From contig NZ_JAUXUP010000015.1 of the NCBI RefSeq assembly GCF_030680935.1, forward strand, positions 1,948 through 65,947: a stretch of DNA of 64,000 nt, read 5' to 3'. This DNA is from Polaromonas sp. (GTDB lineage: Bacteria > Pseudomonadota > Gammaproteobacteria > Burkholderiales > Burkholderiaceae_C). The notes below the pieces were generated by a model. The model saw only the letters and a program-made list of their open reading frames with translations, searched no databases and was not told where the DNA came from. Shown here one piece after another: positions 46,753 through 56,784 of this stretch (its first letter is position 1; the number at the start of each line of letters is the position of its first letter). Both the position numbers and the translations under genes were made by a program.

Positions 46753-47549
46753 GTATTCATGTTGAAAAAAATGGGGAGGTCACGGTCATCACGCTGGACC
46801 GCCCCGACGTGCGCAATGCAGTGGACAGCGACCATGCGCGTGAACTCTACGAAGCTTTTCTGGCCTTTGATACCGATGACAGCGCGAAGGTAGCGGTGTT
46901 CCATGGCGCGAACGGACATTTCTGTGCCGGCTGGGATTTGCAGTTCGGCGCAAAGCTGCTGCGCGAAGCGCAGGGCGGCGATGCCGGGGTGTTTGCGGAC
47001 CTGGAATTCCAGGCAGAGGACAAACAGCCAGCCGGTCCCATGGGCCCCTCCCGGCTGCTGCTGTCCAAACCGGTGATTGCCGCCGTCAGCGGCGCAGCCG
47101 TCGCCGGCGGCATGGAGCTGGCGCTGTGGTGCGACATGCGGGTGATGGAGGAAGACGCCTACTTCGGCGTGTATTGCCGCCGCTTCGGTGTGCCGCTGAT
47201 CGACGGCGGCACGGTGCGCTTGCCGCGCCTGATCGGTATGGGCCATGCGATGGATTTGATCCTGACCGGTCGCAAGGTTGAGTCGGCGGAAGCTTTGCAG
47301 ATGGGGCTGTGCAACCGGGTGGTGCCGCGCGGCACAGCGCGCGAGGCGGCGCTGGCATTGGCGCGGCAACTCTCGACTTTTCCGCAGAAAACCATGCTGG
47401 CGGATCGCCAGAGTGTTTACACGCAGTGGCACCTGCCCTTGCCGCAGGCGCTCAAGCAGGAGTGGGACCGCGGCCGGGAATGTATTGCCGAGGGCCTGCA
47501 GGGCGCCGCGCGTTTTGCCGGCGGGCAGGGCCGGCACGGCAAGTTTTAG
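46749..47549 (+). CDS. Crotonase/enoyl-CoA hydratase
   Basis: LDRPDVRNAVD, FCAGWDL, AVAGGMELALWCD, CRRFGVPLIDGGTVRLPR. Confidence 0.92.
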   Translation: MSIHVEKNGEVTVITLDRPDVRNAVDSDHARELYEAFLAFDTDDSAKVAVFHGANGHFCAGWDLQFGAKLLREAQGGDAGVFADLEFQAEDKQPAGPMGPSRLLLSKPVIAAVSGAAVAGGMELALWCDMRVMEEDAYFGVYCRRFGVPLIDGGTVRLPRLIGMGHAMDLILTGRKVESAEALQMGLCNRVVPRGTAREAALALARQLSTFPQKTMLADRQSVYTQWHLPLPQALKQEWDRGRECIAEGLQGAARFAGGQGRHGKF

Positions 47550-47566
47550 TTGGAAGAAGGCCTCCA

Positions 47567-47607
47567 GCCCATACCAGACGAGCGTGATCAGCTATCAAAA
47601 GCAGAGC
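47567..47607 (+). repeat. 41-bp spaced motif, copy 8 (between convergent genes)
   Basis: GCCC-ATACCAGACGA-GCG-TGATC-AGCT-ATCAAAAGCA-GAGC. Confidence 0.75.
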
Positions 47608-47611
47608 GGAT

Positions 47612-48052
47612 TTACTGCGGACGTGGCAGCGAGGACGGCGGCACCGGCCGTGGCTGGCCGGCGTCGTCAATCGCCACATAGGTCACGCTGGCCTCGGTCA
47701 CCTTGATGTAGCGCCCCTGGGAGCGGAAGCGCTCGGCATAGACCTCGACCTTGACCGTCATGGAGGTGCGGCCAATCCGCGTGAGCTGTGAATAAAAAGA
47801 CAGGATGTCGCCAACCCGCACGGGTTGCTTGAAGATGAACTCGTTGACCGCCACCGTGGCCATGCGCCCATCGGCATACCGAGCCGGAATCACCGAGCCG
47901 GCCAGGTCCACCTGGGCCATGACCCATCCGCCAAAAATATCGCCGTTGGCATTGCAGTCTGCCGGCATCGGGATCACCTTGAGCACCAGCTCCTTGTCCA
48001 GGGGCAGCGTGACGCTCAAAGGGTCATGGGCAAGGTCGGTTTGGGTGGACAT
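47612..48052 (-). CDS. Acyl-CoA thioesterase (YciA-like)
   Basis: PMPADCNANGDIFGGWVMAQVDLAG, ATVAV, GRTSM, A.VTYVAID. Confidence 0.9.
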   Translation of the reverse strand: MSTQTDLAHDPLSVTLPLDKELVLKVIPMPADCNANGDIFGGWVMAQVDLAGSVIPARYADGRMATVAVNEFIFKQPVRVGDILSFYSQLTRIGRTSMTVKVEVYAERFRSQGRYIKVTEASVTYVAIDDAGQPRPVPPSSLPRPQ

Positions 48053-48100
48053 AGGCACAATCGGTGATGGAAAATTAAAACAACAGGACAATTGTCTCCG

Positions 48101-49924
48101 ATGCGCTCCTATGCCCCCGCCGCCGAAGCACCGCCAGCCCCCGGCGCAACCCCCGCCCCCGACATAAACCGCTCCGACTGGGCCACGCTCCAGCGCCTGT
48201 TTCCCTACCTCTGGGACTACAAATGGCGCGTGCTGGCTGCCCTGAGCTTCATGGTCGGCGCCAAGGTTGCCAATGTCGGTGTGCCGCTGCTGCTGAAAAA
48301 CCTTGTCGATGCGATGAGCTTCAAACCAGGCGACGTGCAAATCGTGCTGGTGGTGCCGGCCGCCTTGCTGGTGGGGTACGGCCTGCTGCGCCTGTCCACC
48401 TCCTTGTTCACCGAGCTGCGCGAGCTGGTGTTTGCCAAGGCCACCGAAGGCGCGGCGCGCCGCATCTCGCTGGAGGTGTTCCGGCATCTGCATGCGCTGA
48501 GCCTGCGTTTTCACCTGGAGCGCCAGACCGGCGGCATGACGCGCGACATCGAACGCGGCACTCGCGGCGTGCACTCGCTGATTTCGTATTCGCTGTACAG
48601 CATCATCCCGACGTTGATCGAAGTCACGCTGGTGCTGACGCTGCTGGCGGTCAAGTTCGACGTCTGGTTTGCCGGCATCACCATCATTGCGCTGGTGTTC
48701 TACATCACCTTCACTGTCACGGTGACAGAGTGGCGCACCAAGTTCCGCAAGGAGATGAACGAGCTCGACTCCACGGCGCACAGCCGGGCCATCGACTCGC
48801 TACTGAATTACGAAACCGTCAAGTACTTCAACAACGAAGACTTTGAAGCGAAACGCTACGACGAGAACCTGCTGCGTTACCGCCGCGCTGCGGTCAAGAG
48901 CCAGACCACACTGAGCATGCTCAACACCGGCCAGCAACTGATCATTGCTGCCGGCCTGGTGGCCATGCTCTGGCGCGCCACGCAGGGCGTGGTGGACGGC
49001 CGCATGACACTGGGCGACCTGGTCATGGTCAATGCCTTCATGATCCAGCTCTACATTCCGCTGGGTTTTCTGGGCGTGTTGTACCGCGAGATCAAGCAAA
49101 GCCTGACCGACCTGTCCAAAATGTTCACCCTGATGGAAAAGGAGCGCGAAATCGCCGACCAGCCCGGCGCACAGCCCCTGAGTCTGCAGGCCTCGCCAGC
49201 GCTGCGGTTTGAAAATGTCAGCTTTGCCTACGAGCCGTCACGGCCCATCCTGCACAACATCAGCTTCGAGATTCCGCCCGGTAAAACCGTCGCGGTGGTG
49301 GGCTCGTCCGGAGCCGGCAAGTCCACGCTGGCGCGGCTGCTGTTCCGTTTCTACGACGTCCAGCAGGGTCGCATCACGGTGGCCGGCCAGGACATCAAGC
49401 AGGTGACCCAGGCCAGCGTGCGCCAGGCGATAGGCATCGTGCCGCAAGATACGGTGCTGTTCAACGACACGGTGGAATACAACATCGCCTACGGCCAGCC
49501 CGGCGCCAGCCGCGCCCAGGTGGAAGAAGCCGCGCGCGCTGCGCGCATCCATGACTTCATCAGTTCCACCCCTGCCGGCTACGGCACCATGGTCGGCGAG
49601 CGCGGGCTGAAACTGTCCGGCGGCGAAAAGCAGCGCGTGGCGATTGCACGCACCCTGCTGAAGAACCCGCCCATCATGATTTTTGACGAGGCGACCTCGG
49701 CGCTGGACTCTGCCAACGAACGCGCGATCCAGGCGGAACTTCGCAGCATTGCTGAGAACAAAACCACGCTGGTGATCGCGCACCGCCTGTCCACGGTGGT
49801 GGATGCCCATGAAATCCTGGTGATGGAAGCCGGCCAGATCATCGAGCGCGGCACCCACGCCGAGTTGCTGGCGTTGGGGCAGCGTTATGCGGCGATGTGG
49901 GCGTTGCAGCAAAGCGCCGAATAA
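48101..49924 (+). CDS. Atm1-like ABCB exporter (permease plus ATPase)
   Basis: FHLERQTGG, IDSLLNYETVKYF, GSSGAGKST, LSGGEKQR, DEATSALD. Confidence 0.92.
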   Translation: MRSYAPAAEAPPAPGATPAPDINRSDWATLQRLFPYLWDYKWRVLAALSFMVGAKVANVGVPLLLKNLVDAMSFKPGDVQIVLVVPAALLVGYGLLRLSTSLFTELRELVFAKATEGAARRISLEVFRHLHALSLRFHLERQTGGMTRDIERGTRGVHSLISYSLYSIIPTLIEVTLVLTLLAVKFDVWFAGITIIALVFYITFTVTVTEWRTKFRKEMNELDSTAHSRAIDSLLNYETVKYFNNEDFEAKRYDENLLRYRRAAVKSQTTLSMLNTGQQLIIAAGLVAMLWRATQGVVDGRMTLGDLVMVNAFMIQLYIPLGFLGVLYREIKQSLTDLSKMFTLMEKEREIADQPGAQPLSLQASPALRFENVSFAYEPSRPILHNISFEIPPGKTVAVVGSSGAGKSTLARLLFRFYDVQQGRITVAGQDIKQVTQASVRQAIGIVPQDTVLFNDTVEYNIAYGQPGASRAQVEEAARAARIHDFISSTPAGYGTMVGERGLKLSGGEKQRVAIARTLLKNPPIMIFDEATSALDSANERAIQAELRSIAENKTTLVIAHRLSTVVDAHEILVMEAGQIIERGTHAELLALGQRYAAMWALQQSAE

Positions 49925-49947
49925 ATTGAGAATGTTTCAGCGCTCCA

Positions 49948-49988
49948 GCCCAATCAGAGTTTGCGCGAGCAGCTCCTTATTTGATAGC
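49948..49988 (+). repeat. 41-bp spaced motif, copy 9 (intergenic)
   Basis: GCCC-AATCAGAGTTT-GCG-CGAGC-AGCT-CCTTATTTGA-TAGC. Confidence 0.85.
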
Positions 49989-50067
49989 GGGTGGGGTACG
50001 TGCTGGCGGTTCCAGTCTGCGGGATTCCCATACACCGGCCATCGCCGTCTCCTCGCATAATTGCCCC

Positions 50068-51009
50068 ATGGAAACCAAATGGCTGGAAGATTTCGTCAGT
50101 CTCGCTGAAACGCGCAGTTTCAGCCGTTCGGCGACGCTGCGCCACGTGACGCAGCCAGCATTTTCGCGGCGCATCCAGGCGCTTGAGGCCTGGGCCGGCA
50201 CCGACCTGGTGGACCGCAGCTCCTACCCGACGCGCCTGACGCCGGCTGGTGAAACCCTGTACAGCCAGTCGCTGGAGATGCTGCAGGGCCTGCAATCGAC
50301 ACGCGCCATGCTGCGCGGCCACAACTCGGCCGGGCAGGATGTGATCGAGTTTGCGGTCCCGCATTCACTGGCCTTCACTTTCTTTCCGGCCTGGGTCACC
50401 AGCCTGCGCGAGAAGTTCGGCCCCATCAAGAGCCGTCTGATTGCCCTCAATGTCCATGATGCGGTGATGCGCCTGGTCGAGGGCAGTTGCGATCTGCTGA
50501 TTGCCTACCACCATGACTCCCAGCCCTTCCAGCTCGACGCCGACCGCTACGAGATGATCAGCCTCGGCCAGGAGGTGCTGGCGCCTTTCGTCAAGGCCGA
50601 TGCGGACGGTGCGCCGCTGTACCGCCTGCCCGGCCGCGCTGGCCAGCCGCTGCCTTATCTTGGTTACGCGCCCGGCGCCTATCTGGGCCGGGTGGTGGAC
50701 CTGATCCTCAAGCAGTCCAGCACCGCCATCCACCTGGACCGGGTGTATGAGACCGATATGGCAGAGGGTCTCAAGGCGATGGCTCTGGAAGGACACGGCA
50801 TTGCGTTTCTTCCGTTCAGCGCGGTCAAGAAAGAGCTGAGGGCCAAAAAACTGGTGAGCGCGGGTGAGGGGCTGGAGATGACGATGGATGTGCGCGTGTA
50901 CCGCGAACGACCCGCCGGCAAAGACGTCGCCAAAAGCCCGGCTCAGGCCTTGTGGCAGTTTCTTGAAAGCCAGTCGCTAGCCAGGCCGCCTGCCAAATCA
51001 CGTTCGTGA
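50068..51009 (+). CDS. LysR-family regulator (HypT/QseD-like)
   Basis: METKWLEDFVSLAETRSFSRSA..RHVTQPAFSRRIQALE. Confidence 0.92.
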   Translation: METKWLEDFVSLAETRSFSRSATLRHVTQPAFSRRIQALEAWAGTDLVDRSSYPTRLTPAGETLYSQSLEMLQGLQSTRAMLRGHNSAGQDVIEFAVPHSLAFTFFPAWVTSLREKFGPIKSRLIALNVHDAVMRLVEGSCDLLIAYHHDSQPFQLDADRYEMISLGQEVLAPFVKADADGAPLYRLPGRAGQPLPYLGYAPGAYLGRVVDLILKQSSTAIHLDRVYETDMAEGLKAMALEGHGIAFLPFSAVKKELRAKKLVSAGEGLEMTMDVRVYRERPAGKDVAKSPAQALWQFLESQSLARPPAKSRS

Positions 51010-51182
51010 ATCGGGGGCTCAGGAGGCGCTCTAAGTAGCAACCCTGATCGGTTATAAAAAAAATGCATGAACCAGCGCGTTATCAGCATTGGCTTTTCAT
51101 ACGCCATAAATTTACAGTCCGTTTCGTTCTGCGAAGCGGACGGTGACTGTCTGACGGGGCCTGCCAAGGGTTTCCGAAGGGC

Positions 51183-51198
51183 TGGCACAAAGACTGCT
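51183..51198 (+). promoter_or_regulatory. Putative sigma54 (-24/-12) promoter upstream of gltI
   Basis: TGGCAC-AAAGA-CTGCT, GG-N10-GC spacing. Confidence 0.5.
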
Positions 51199-51451
51199 TA
51201 GCTGACAACTCTGTTGCGCCGATTTGAACGCTGGCACTATCTTGGGGAATGCTTTTTGCTGGATCTGCTTTTTGCCTTCACGCACTGCGGCTTTACCCGC
51301 ATGCTGTCGGCCATGGTCAGCTACAGCGCGTTCTTGTACATACCAGTCAGTCGGCTGGCGCGTTGAGGGCTGGGGTAAACCTTGGGCATTCGCCCATGGC
51401 CTGCTCCTTAGAATGTCATCATCAACTATTTCATCAACTGAAGGAAATTTC

Positions 51452-52351
51452 ATGAAACTCAAACTTGCCGCACTGACCATTGCTGTCCTCGCGACCAGCG
51501 GCGCTTTTGCCCAGGCCAACGACACCCTCGCCAAAGTCAAGGCTTCCGGCGTGATCACCATGGGTGTTCGCGACTCTTCTGGCGCTTTGTCCTATACCCT
51601 GGGTGACGGCAAGTACACCGGCTACCACGTCGAGGTCTGCAACCGTGTCATTGCCAACGTCGAAAAGGCGGTTGGCCGCAAGCTTGAAGTCAAATACCAG
51701 TCGGTGACTTCGCAAAACCGTATTCCCCTCGTCCAGAACGGTACCGTGGATATTGAGTGTGGTTCCACCACCAACAACGCCACCCGCCAGAAAGACGTGT
51801 CTTTCCTGCCGACCACCTTTGTTGAAGAAGTCCGTATCGCTGTCAAGGCCAACTCCGGCATCACCAGCATTGCCCAGCTCAACGGCAAAAACGTGGCAAC
51901 CACCACCGGCACGACTTCGGTCCAGACACTGCGTAAAAACGAGCGCGCTACCGGCGTTGACTTCAAGGAAGTGTTTGGCAAAGACCACTCTGACAGCTTT
52001 TTGCTGCTGGAGTCCGGCCGGGCTGATGCCTTTGTGATGGACGGCTCCATTCTTGCCGGCAACATTGCGACTGCAAAAAACCCCGCTGACTTCAAAATTG
52101 TCGGTGAAGTGCTCAGCGTGGAACCGATTGCCATCATGATCCGCAAGGATGACCCGGCATTCAAGAAAATCGGCGCTGACACCGTGGCTGACCTGATCAA
52201 GTCCGGCGACATGGCCAAACTGTGGGACAAGTGGTTCATGCAGCCGATTCCTCCAAAAAACACCCGCGTTGGGCTGGCTGTCAGCGAGAGCACCAAGGCC
52301 GCATGGGCCACTCCGAATGACAAGCCCATGGAAGACTACGCCAAGAAGTAA
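51452..52351 (+). CDS. gltI: Glutamate/aspartate ABC transporter substrate-binding protein
   Basis: VTSQNRIPLVQNGTVDIECGSTTNN..RQK.V.F, TTGTTS, KDHSDSF. Confidence 0.88.
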   Translation: MKLKLAALTIAVLATSGAFAQANDTLAKVKASGVITMGVRDSSGALSYTLGDGKYTGYHVEVCNRVIANVEKAVGRKLEVKYQSVTSQNRIPLVQNGTVDIECGSTTNNATRQKDVSFLPTTFVEEVRIAVKANSGITSIAQLNGKNVATTTGTTSVQTLRKNERATGVDFKEVFGKDHSDSFLLLESGRADAFVMDGSILAGNIATAKNPADFKIVGEVLSVEPIAIMIRKDDPAFKKIGADTVADLIKSGDMAKLWDKWFMQPIPPKNTRVGLAVSESTKAAWATPNDKPMEDYAKK

Positions 52352-52371
52352 TCCGGGTCAGAGCTAAATCG

Positions 52372-52404
52372 CAAACCCCGTCGGTAACTTTCTGGCGGGG
52401 TTTG
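52372..52404 (+). terminator. Intra-operonic terminator/hairpin after gltI
   Basis: caaaccccgtcgg-taactt-tctggcggggtttg followed by ttgttt. Confidence 0.7.
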
Positions 52405-52498
52405 TTGTTTGTCAGGGGACTGGTTCAGCGTTTCCCGGACACCCTGGGTTGCAGGGCAACAGGCGATCAATTGAAAATATTTCTTGGCGGGAGTAGAT

Positions 52499-53221
52499 AT
52501 GAACTGGGATTGGCGGGTTTTTCTAAACGACGACGGCAGCGGACGCACTTACCTGGAGTGGATGTTTGACGCCTGGGGCTGGACCCTGGCCGTCGCCGGT
52601 GCGTCGTGGGTCGTGGCCATGGTGGTAGGGGTGCTTTTCGGTACGCTGCGCACCCTGCCCAACAGCCCCTGGCTGGTTCGCCTGGCCAACGCCTGGGTAG
52701 AGCTGTTCCGCAACATCCCCCTGCTGGTACAGATTTTCATCTGGTATTTTGTGGTGCCAAAAATGTTTCCGGCGATGAAAGATCTGCCGAGTTTTGTGCT
52801 GGTGGTTTTTGCGCTTGGGTTTTTTACCTCGGCCCGTATTGCCGAACAGGTCAGGGCGGGCGTGCAGTCGCTGCCCCGGGGCCAACGCTACGCCGGCATG
52901 GCCATGGGGTTTACCACCGCGCAGACCTACCGCTATGTGATTTTGCCCATGGCTTTCCGGATCATTGTTCCGCCGCTTACCAGCGAATCGATGAATCTGC
53001 TTAAAAATTCATCGGTGGCATTCGCCGTGTCGATTGCCGAGCTGACCATGTTTGCAATGCAGGCCCAGGAAGAAACCTCGCGCGGCATCGAGATTTATCT
53101 GGCGGTCACTGCCGCCTATGCGGTGTCTGCGTTCGCCGTCAACCGGGTGTTTGCCTTCATCGAAAAGAAGGTCCAGATCCCCGGCTATGTCATGGCCGGC
53201 GCAGCTGGTGGAGGGCACTGA
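52499..53221 (+). CDS. gltJ: Glu/Asp ABC permease
   Basis: WVELFRNIPLLVQ, ARIAEQVRAG, PPLTSE..NL.KNSS. Confidence 0.87.
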   Translation: MNWDWRVFLNDDGSGRTYLEWMFDAWGWTLAVAGASWVVAMVVGVLFGTLRTLPNSPWLVRLANAWVELFRNIPLLVQIFIWYFVVPKMFPAMKDLPSFVLVVFALGFFTSARIAEQVRAGVQSLPRGQRYAGMAMGFTTAQTYRYVILPMAFRIIVPPLTSESMNLLKNSSVAFAVSIAELTMFAMQAQEETSRGIEIYLAVTAAYAVSAFAVNRVFAFIEKKVQIPGYVMAGAAGGGH

Positions 53222-53222
53222 C

Positions 53223-53909
53223 ATGTTTGGACTCGACCTGAGCTTTTTCAACTGGGACATCATCTCCAAGTTCGTCATCAAGGGATTTTTCTTCAGCATC
53301 CAGCTGACGATTGTGGCCACCATAGGCGGCATTATTTTTGGCACCATCCTGGCGCTGATGCGCTTGTCGGGCAAAAAAATCCTGGTGGTGCCAGCCACCA
53401 TCTATGTCAATGGAATGCGATCGGTGCCGCTGGTGATGGTGATTTTGTGGTTCTTCCTGCTGGTGCCAGCCGGGTTTTACGCGCTGATCCCCGGGGGCAG
53501 CAACTACCGTGCTGAAATTTCGGCCGTCATCACTTTCGTGGCTTTTGAGGCTGCCTACTTCAGTGAGATCATGCGGGCCGGCATTCAGTCGATCTCGCGC
53601 GGGCAGGTCAATGCGGGGCGCGCGCTGGGCATGACTTACGCGCAGAACATGAAGCTCATTGTTTTACCGCAGGCCTTCAGAAACATGGTGCCCATCTTGC
53701 TCACGCAGACGATCATTCTGTTTCAGGACACCTCTCTGGTGTATGCGATTGGCGCCTATGACCTTCTCAAGGGTTTCAGCACTGCGGGCAAAATTTACGG
53801 CCGAACGGAAGAGGCCTACCTGCTGGCCGCAGTGGTTTATTTTGTGATGTGCTTCGGTTTGTCCTACATGGTCAAACGCCTGCAGAACAAAATTGCCATC
53901 ATTCGGTGA
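53223..53909 (+). CDS. gltK: Glu/Asp ABC permease
   Basis: MRSVPLVMVILWFF, AAYFSEIMRAGIQS, QDTSLVY. Confidence 0.87.
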   Translation: MFGLDLSFFNWDIISKFVIKGFFFSIQLTIVATIGGIIFGTILALMRLSGKKILVVPATIYVNGMRSVPLVMVILWFFLLVPAGFYALIPGGSNYRAEISAVITFVAFEAAYFSEIMRAGIQSISRGQVNAGRALGMTYAQNMKLIVLPQAFRNMVPILLTQTIILFQDTSLVYAIGAYDLLKGFSTAGKIYGRTEEAYLLAAVVYFVMCFGLSYMVKRLQNKIAIIR

Positions 53910-53968
53910 ATTTCTCAAACCATGAGAAGACAAGCTAAAAAGCGGATCAAGAGCGAAGACTGGAGAAC

Positions 53969-54709
53969 ATGATGATTGAGATGAAAGACGTTTCCAAGTG
54001 GTACGGCACGGTTCAGGTGCTCAACAACTGCAGCACCCACATCAAGAAGGGTGAAGTGGTGGTGGTCTGCGGGCCGTCGGGTTCCGGCAAATCCACATTG
54101 ATCAAGGTCATCAACGCCCTGGAGCCCTTCCAGAAGGGCGAGATTTTTGTCGATGGCCAGGCCGTGCACGACCCCAAGACCGACCTGCCCAAGCTGCGCT
54201 CACGCGTCGGCATGGTGTTCCAGAACTTCGAGCTGTTTCCGCATTTGAGCGTTACCGAAAACCTCACCCTGGCACAGGTCAAGGTGTTGGGGCGCAGCCA
54301 GGAAGAGGCCAAAACACACGGCCTCAAATATCTGGACCGTGTCGGCCTGATGCTGCACAAGGACAAGTTCCCTGGCCAGTTGTCCGGCGGTCAGCAGCAG
54401 CGTGTGGCGATTGCCCGCGCGCTCAGCATGGACCCGATTGCCATGCTGTTCGACGAGCCGACTTCGGCGCTCGATCCGGAGATGGTGGGTGAGGTGCTCG
54501 ACTGCATGATGGGCCTGGCGACCGATGGCATGACCATGATGGTGGTCACCCATGAGATGGGTTTTGCCAAGAAGGTCGGCAGCCGCGTCATCTTCATGGA
54601 CGTGGGCGGCAAGATTCTGGAAGACTGCTCGAAAGACGAGTTTTTCATGCATCCGGAAAATCGCCAGGATCGGACCAAGGATTTTCTCAACAAGATCCTG
54701 GCGCACTAG
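53969..54709 (+). CDS. gltL: Glu/Asp ABC ATP-binding protein
   Basis: [36 protein letters not shown]. Confidence 0.9.
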   Translation: MMIEMKDVSKWYGTVQVLNNCSTHIKKGEVVVVCGPSGSGKSTLIKVINALEPFQKGEIFVDGQAVHDPKTDLPKLRSRVGMVFQNFELFPHLSVTENLTLAQVKVLGRSQEEAKTHGLKYLDRVGLMLHKDKFPGQLSGGQQQRVAIARALSMDPIAMLFDEPTSALDPEMVGEVLDCMMGLATDGMTMMVVTHEMGFAKKVGSRVIFMDVGGKILEDCSKDEFFMHPENRQDRTKDFLNKILAH

Positions 54710-54724
54710 GCGCTGCCGCGCGGC

Positions 54725-54912
54725 GCTACTGCGCGGGCGTATCGCTGCGGTGCGGGTCCCACAGGCCATCCCCACGTACCCAAAGTACTGAGCTGCCGCT
54801 ACTGCGCGGGCGCACTGCGTCGTTGCAGCCCAAGGAAAATCCTCACGACCCTTGAGGTCGCTCCGGTTTCCCTCGGGCGCCCGCGCCTCGCATTGCATCC
54901 CGCTCGCTACGC
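54725..54912 (+). repeat. ~114-bp structured repeat: truncated copy C (54725-54788) plus full copy D (54798-54912)
   Basis: Both begin GCTACTGCGCGGGCG; C ends at CCCCACGTACCCAAAGTAC; D ends CCCGCTCGCTACGC. Confidence 0.8.
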
Positions 54913-54967
54913 GCCGGGATCGGGGCGGATATAGGGATAGGGCCTTGAGATTTGGGACAATGGCGCC

Positions 54968-56008
54968 ATGACCCAAATCACCATCACCCGCCCCGACGAC
55001 TGGCACCTGCATGTGCGCGACGGCGACGCCTTGCACACCGTCGTGCCGCACACGGCAGCTCAGTTTGGCCGGGCCATCATCATGCCCAACTTGCGTCCAC
55101 CCGTCACCACAGCCGCGCAGGCCGTGGCTTACCGCCAGCGCATCCAGGCCGCGGTGCCGGCCGGCGTGGCCTTTGAGCCCTTGATGACGCTGTACCTGAC
55201 CGACAACTTGCCGCCCGACGAGATCAAACGGGCCAAAGATGCGGGTGTGGTCGCTGCCAAGCTGTACCCTGCCGGCGCCACCACCAACAGCGATGCCGGC
55301 GTGACCGATCTGCGCAAGACTTACAAAACACTGGAAGCGATGCAGCGCGAAGGCCTGCTGCTGCTGGTGCACGGCGAGGTGACCTCGCCCGATATCGACC
55401 TGTTTGACCGCGAGGCGGTGTTCATCGACACCCAGCTGATTCCGCTGCGGCGCGATTTCCCCGAGCTGAAAATTGTCTTTGAGCACATCACCACCAAAGA
55501 GGCGGCGCAGTACGTGTATCAGGCCGACCGTTTCACAGGGGCCACCGTCACCGCGCACCACTTGCTGTACAACCGCAACGCGATTTTTACCGGTGGCGTC
55601 CGGCCGCATTATTACTGCCTGCCAGTGCTCAAGCGCGAAACCCACCGTCTCGCGCTGGTGGCAGCCGCAACCGGCGACAACCCGCGTTTTTTCCTGGGTA
55701 CCGACAGCGCGCCACACCCCGCCCATCTCAAGGAACACGCGACAGGCTGCGCGGGCTGCTACACCGCGCATGCGGCGATGGAGCTGTACGCCGAGGCCTT
55801 TGATTCTGTGGGTTCAATTGACAAGCTGGAGGCGTTTGCCAGCTTTAATGGCGCTGACTTCTACGGCCTGCCGCGCAACACCGGCACGATCACCCTGAAG
55901 AAAGAAAGCTGGACGCCGCCCGAGAGTTTTGCATTTGGCGAGGCTCAGTTGAAGCCGCTGCGAAGTGGTGAGACATTGCCCTGGAAAATGCTTGCCGGGA
56001 GGCCCTGA
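54968..56008 (+). CDS. pyrC: Dihydroorotase (type II)
   Basis: [52 protein letters not shown]. Confidence 0.96.
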   Translation: MTQITITRPDDWHLHVRDGDALHTVVPHTAAQFGRAIIMPNLRPPVTTAAQAVAYRQRIQAAVPAGVAFEPLMTLYLTDNLPPDEIKRAKDAGVVAAKLYPAGATTNSDAGVTDLRKTYKTLEAMQREGLLLLVHGEVTSPDIDLFDREAVFIDTQLIPLRRDFPELKIVFEHITTKEAAQYVYQADRFTGATVTAHHLLYNRNAIFTGGVRPHYYCLPVLKRETHRLALVAAATGDNPRFFLGTDSAPHPAHLKEHATGCAGCYTAHAAMELYAEAFDSVGSIDKLEAFASFNGADFYGLPRNTGTITLKKESWTPPESFAFGEAQLKPLRSGETLPWKMLAGRP

Positions 56009-56784
56009 TGGAACGCAAACCGCGCGTCGCGCTGCTGATTGACGCCGACAATTCGCCGGCCTCCAAGATCGATTTGATCCTCAACGAGTTGTCCACCTTT
56101 GGCGAGACGAATATCCGCCGCGCCTACGGCAACTGGAAAAAAAGCGAGCTCAAGGGCTGGGAAGAAGCCCTGCATGAACACGCGATCCGCCCGATGCAGC
56201 AGTTTGACTACAGCAAGGGCAAAAACGCCAGCGACATGGCCATGGTGATTGACGCACTGGAGCTGCTGTATACCGACCGGCCCGATGCTTTTGGCATTGT
56301 GTCGTCCGACGCCGACTTCACCCCGCTGGTGATGCACCTGCGTGCCAAGGGTGCTGCGGTGTATGGTTTTGGCGCGCAGAAAACCCCCGAGCCTTTTGTC
56401 AACGCCTGCTCGCGCTTTTTGTACCTGGACAAGCTGCGGCCCATGGCGGCGGTGGACGCCCCGGCAGGCGCCCGCGAAGACGCCGAAGCGGTCGCCGCTG
56501 CGCCGCTGCGAGCAACGCCAGCGCAACTCAAGCAGGACGCCAAACTTGTCATGCTGCTGCGCAACGCGGTGCAGGCCGCTGCAGACGACGAGGGCTGGGC
56601 GCGCGTGGGTGCGGTGGGCACACAAATCGCCAACCAGGCCTCGTTTGACCATCGCAACTACGGCTATGCCACCCTGACCAAGTTGCTGGTGGCCACCCAG
56701 CTCTTTGAAATAGCAGACGAAGGCAAGTCCACCGTGATGGTGCGCGACAAAAGACAGGCCCGGCCCGCCGCCAGAAACGGATGA
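56008..56784 (+). CDS. NYN (LabA/DUF88, PIN-like) domain protein with C-terminal LOTUS/OST-HTH
   Basis: ALLIDADN, RAYGNW, GKNASDMAMVID, IVSSDADFTPL; C-terminal GWA..G.VG......FD.RNYGYA.L. Confidence 0.88.
   Translation: MERKPRVALLIDADNSPASKIDLILNELSTFGETNIRRAYGNWKKSELKGWEEALHEHAIRPMQQFDYSKGKNASDMAMVIDALELLYTDRPDAFGIVSSDADFTPLVMHLRAKGAAVYGFGAQKTPEPFVNACSRFLYLDKLRPMAAVDAPAGAREDAEAVAAAPLRATPAQLKQDAKLVMLLRNAVQAAADDEGWARVGAVGTQIANQASFDHRNYGYATLTKLLVATQLFEIADEGKSTVMVRDKRQARPAARNG

Noticed and set aside
47612-48781. 389-aa ORF including the YciA-like thioesterase
   Set aside because: The N-terminal part is antisense to the atm1 gene; the real start is 48052.
51233-51248. Second TGGCAC upstream of gltI as a sigma54 promoter
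   Set aside because: TGGCAC-TATCT-TGGGG lacks the -12 GC.
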